A model generated the notes under the pieces. The model made no database searches. It saw only the letters and a list, made by a program, of their open reading frames with translations, and was not told where the DNA came from. From NCBI GenBank assembly GCA_035529405.1, contig DATKWV010000053.1, forward strand, positions 1 to 36,857: a DNA stretch of 36,857 nt. The letters run 5' to 3'. Numbering within the stretch: position 1 is the first letter of the stretch; each line of letters starts with the position of its first letter. Shown here piece by piece: positions 34,577 to 36,857 of this stretch. Source of the DNA: Sedimentisphaerales bacterium. GTDB lineage: Bacteria > Planctomycetota > Phycisphaerae > Sedimentisphaerales > Anaerobacaceae. The translations under genes and the position numbers were made by a program.

Positions 34577-34591
34577 TGGCGTTCATTGACT

Positions 34592-36857
34592 ATGGACGTC
34601 ATACAGCGAAAACTGGAATTGCTCGATGCCGAACTTGCATGGCGGCGGAACTTCCATCAACGGCTTGTCGGCACGTGTCCGTTAGTATTGCTTGCCGCCG
34701 GAATCATCGCCGGAATCCTGCTGCAGAGTTGGGTATCATTGTCAATGTGGCTTTGGCTGCTGCTGCTGGTACTTTTTACAAGCACCGCTGTCGTGTTGAT
34801 TGTCAGCGCAGGCAAAAACCACAGGCATTATATGGCTGCCTATGTGGTTCTATGCTGTTTTACCTGTCTGGGGGCCATTCGGCTGATAAACTACAATTTT
34901 GCCGCCCAAAACGACATACGCAACCTCATAGCAGACCAGCCCACTTTGGCGACAATCGCGGGGGTAATCATCACAGAGCCTTATATTAACAAACAAAAGC
35001 AGCAGCCGTTTACAAACTTCAGGTTCACAGACCCGGCTACCAGCTTTTACCTGAAGGTTAGAAAGGTAAAGGCCGTGACCGGCTGGGTAAATGCAGCCGG
35101 GACTGTTTTAATGAGGGTGGATGAGCCTGTACTGGATTTGAAGGCCGGTAATTACATTCAGGCTTACTGCTGGCTGGCCAGGCCCGGGCAGCCTACCAAT
35201 CCCGGACAATTCAATACAGCTCTATATCTGCAGCGAAAAAACATCTTTGTCATCGCAACTGTTAAATCACGCCAAAGTATGGATTTGCTCCAGACCGGCC
35301 AGAAAAAGACCTTTATAAGACTAAAAAGCTGGTTAAGACAAAAGGCTGCAGAGGCATTGCTGCCGGGACCAGAACCCGAAAACCAGGGTCAGGCCTTACT
35401 GGAGGCCCTTTTACTTGGCCGCAGGGCAAATATAGACAGCAGAACTTATGCGGCATTTGAAAAAACCGGCCTTTTGCACTTTATCAGCTTGTCGGGAATG
35501 CATCTGGGGATTCTGACAGGCATTATCTGGTGGCTGTGCAAACTGGCCGGCCTGATGAAACGCAGCCGTGCTGTTATTTGCATAATTGCCATTGCCGTGT
35601 TTGTGCTTGTCGTACCGCCGAGGGAACCGACACTAAGGGCGGCGATTATAGTCTGGGTTTTCTGTATATCAATTTTATTCGCGCGAAGGTCAAATCCCGT
35701 TAATACATTATCGCTGGCAGCGATAATTCTTTTGCTGATAAGACCGACCTGCCTTTTCGATGCCGGCTGGCAATTATCGTTTGCATCGGTGCTTGGGCTT
35801 TTACTTTTTTGCCGGCGAATCCACCTTTTCCTGTACGAAAAAATAACGTCCCTGCCGCGGGGTAAGAAACCTCCGCTGACAAGACCGTTTTATAGTATAG
35901 CTTCCAGACCGGGCCCGTATCTGTTACGGCTGTTTTCCACAAGCTTTACTGCCTGGCTGGGCGGCGCAGGAATTCTATTATATCACTTCAATACAATCAC
36001 ACTGCTGACATGCGTCTGGACGGCCATTGTTTTTCCGCTGCTGGTTTTGATTTTGACAATTGGGTTCTTAAAGATAGTCCTGGCATTTTTGCTGCCGACA
36101 GCGGCGATGTTTCTGGGAATTGCAGCAGAAACTTTATGCGGCTCTCTAATCTGGATTGTGGAACTGATGGCAAAAGTGGACATATCGTACATAGTCATAG
36201 GTCACGTGCCGGTCGGATTCGTTGTTGGGTATTATTTGCTTATTTTGACTGCGGCATTTGTTTTCCTGCGGAACATATTATTGAAAAAGGTAATTGTTAC
36301 AGTCGTTGCCGTTGGAATGGTTTTGTTTGCCGGCACGCTGAAATGGCAAAGGACATACCCCGATAAGCTATTGCTTACGGCCCTTGACGTCGGACACGGC
36401 CAGGCGGTTTTGGCCCAGAGTCCCGGCGGGAAAAATATATTGTTTGACGCCGGCAGCCTCTACCAGAACAATGCAGGCCGAAAAATTATCACCGCTTTTA
36501 TGCGATACAGCGGCATCAACAGAATACACGCTATAGCCATCAGCCACTCTCATCCCGACCATATCAACGCAATACCCGAAATCCTTGCAAGTTCCAGAGT
36601 AGATGCCGTATATGCCAACAGGGCATTCATTGAAGAAACACACAACAAGCCCAAGGGTACCGCAGGAACATTAAGAAAGATTCTGGCTGAAAGCGGCCGG
36701 GAAATCAAATCCCTACCCAACCAACTGACCGCCGGTAAAGACCTTGAGATAAAAATCCTCTGGCCCACCGAACCGGCATTTGACGAACCAGCCCTGGACC
36801 TGAATGACAAATCCACCGTTTACCTGGTTAAATTTCACACAATTAATATTCTGCTGT
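34592..36857 (+). CDS. comEC: DNA internalisation-related competence protein ComEC/Rec2 (3' end runs off the window)
   Basis: The frame is open from the ATG at 34592 to the window end. It has an N-terminal DUF4131-like region, a polytopic competence domain, then a metallo-beta-lactamase domain (LLTALDVGHGQAVL, ISHSHPDH). Confidence 0.85.
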   Translation, partial: MDVIQRKLELLDAELAWRRNFHQRLVGTCPLVLLAAGIIAGILLQSWVSLSMWLWLLLLVLFTSTAVVLIVSAGKNHRHYMAAYVVLCCFTCLGAIRLINYNFAAQNDIRNLIADQPTLATIAGVIITEPYINKQKQQPFTNFRFTDPATSFYLKVRKVKAVTGWVNAAGTVLMRVDEPVLDLKAGNYIQAYCWLARPGQPTNPGQFNTALYLQRKNIFVIATVKSRQSMDLLQTGQKKTFIRLKSWLRQKAAEALLPGPEPENQGQALLEALLLGRRANIDSRTYAAFEKTGLLHFISLSGMHLGILTGIIWWLCKLAGLMKRSRAVICIIAIAVFVLVVPPREPTLRAAIIVWVFCISILFARRSNPVNTLSLAAIILLLIRPTCLFDAGWQLSFASVLGLLLFCRRIHLFLYEKITSLPRGKKPPLTRPFYSIASRPGPYLLRLFSTSFTAWLGGAGILLYHFNTITLLTCVWTAIVFPLLVLILTIGFLKIVLAFLLPTAAMFLGIAAETLCGSLIWIVELMAKVDISYIVIGHVPVGFVVGYYLLILTAAFVFLRNILLKKVIVTVVAVGMVLFAGTLKWQRTYPDKLLLTALDVGHGQAVLAQSPGGKNILFDAGSLYQNNAGRKIITAFMRYSGINRIHAIAISHSHPDHINAIPEILASSRVDAVYANRAFIEETHNKPKGTAGTLRKILAESGREIKSLPNQLTAGKDLEIKILWPTEPAFDEPALDLNDKSTVYLVKFHTINILL

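Overview
About 21 kb of this window (1602-22423, all on the minus strand) reads as one tightly packed, operon-like magnetosome gene cluster (MGC). The rest is ordinary chromosomal context. All calls rest on motifs read by eye and remembered family signatures; no database search was run, and I cannot place the host taxon.

MGC content, in transcription order:
- a TPR protein (MamA-like)
- a LemA protein (MamQ-like)
- two MamI-like two-TM peptides
- two HtrA proteases, one carrying three CXXCH magnetochrome units (MamE hallmark)
- a MamB-like CDF transporter
- a catalytically dead trypsin-PDZ-permease fusion (MamO/MamN-like)
- a block of small unknown genes
- a MamK-like actin
- a MamM-like CDF and a third, degenerate CDF
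- a Cys-cluster PDZ protein
- a split chromate-transporter (CHR) pair
- FeoB
- a DtxR-type metalloregulator

Gene order and several domain architectures differ from the textbook Magnetospirillum mamAB operon. I cannot recognise mamL/J/R/S/T/H or mms genes, so this looks like a divergent, compact MGC.

Flanks:
- Left: a truncated APC permease.
- Right: a 1.4 kb apparently non-coding gap holding an orphan terminator-bounded unit; a porin-acs-acetate channel operon; an AcuC-type deacetylase; a small HTH protein; a CoA-transferase-GNAT fusion; an ADP-forming acetyl-CoA synthetase; and a truncated comEC.

No rRNA, tRNA, CRISPR array, integrase or IS element was seen.
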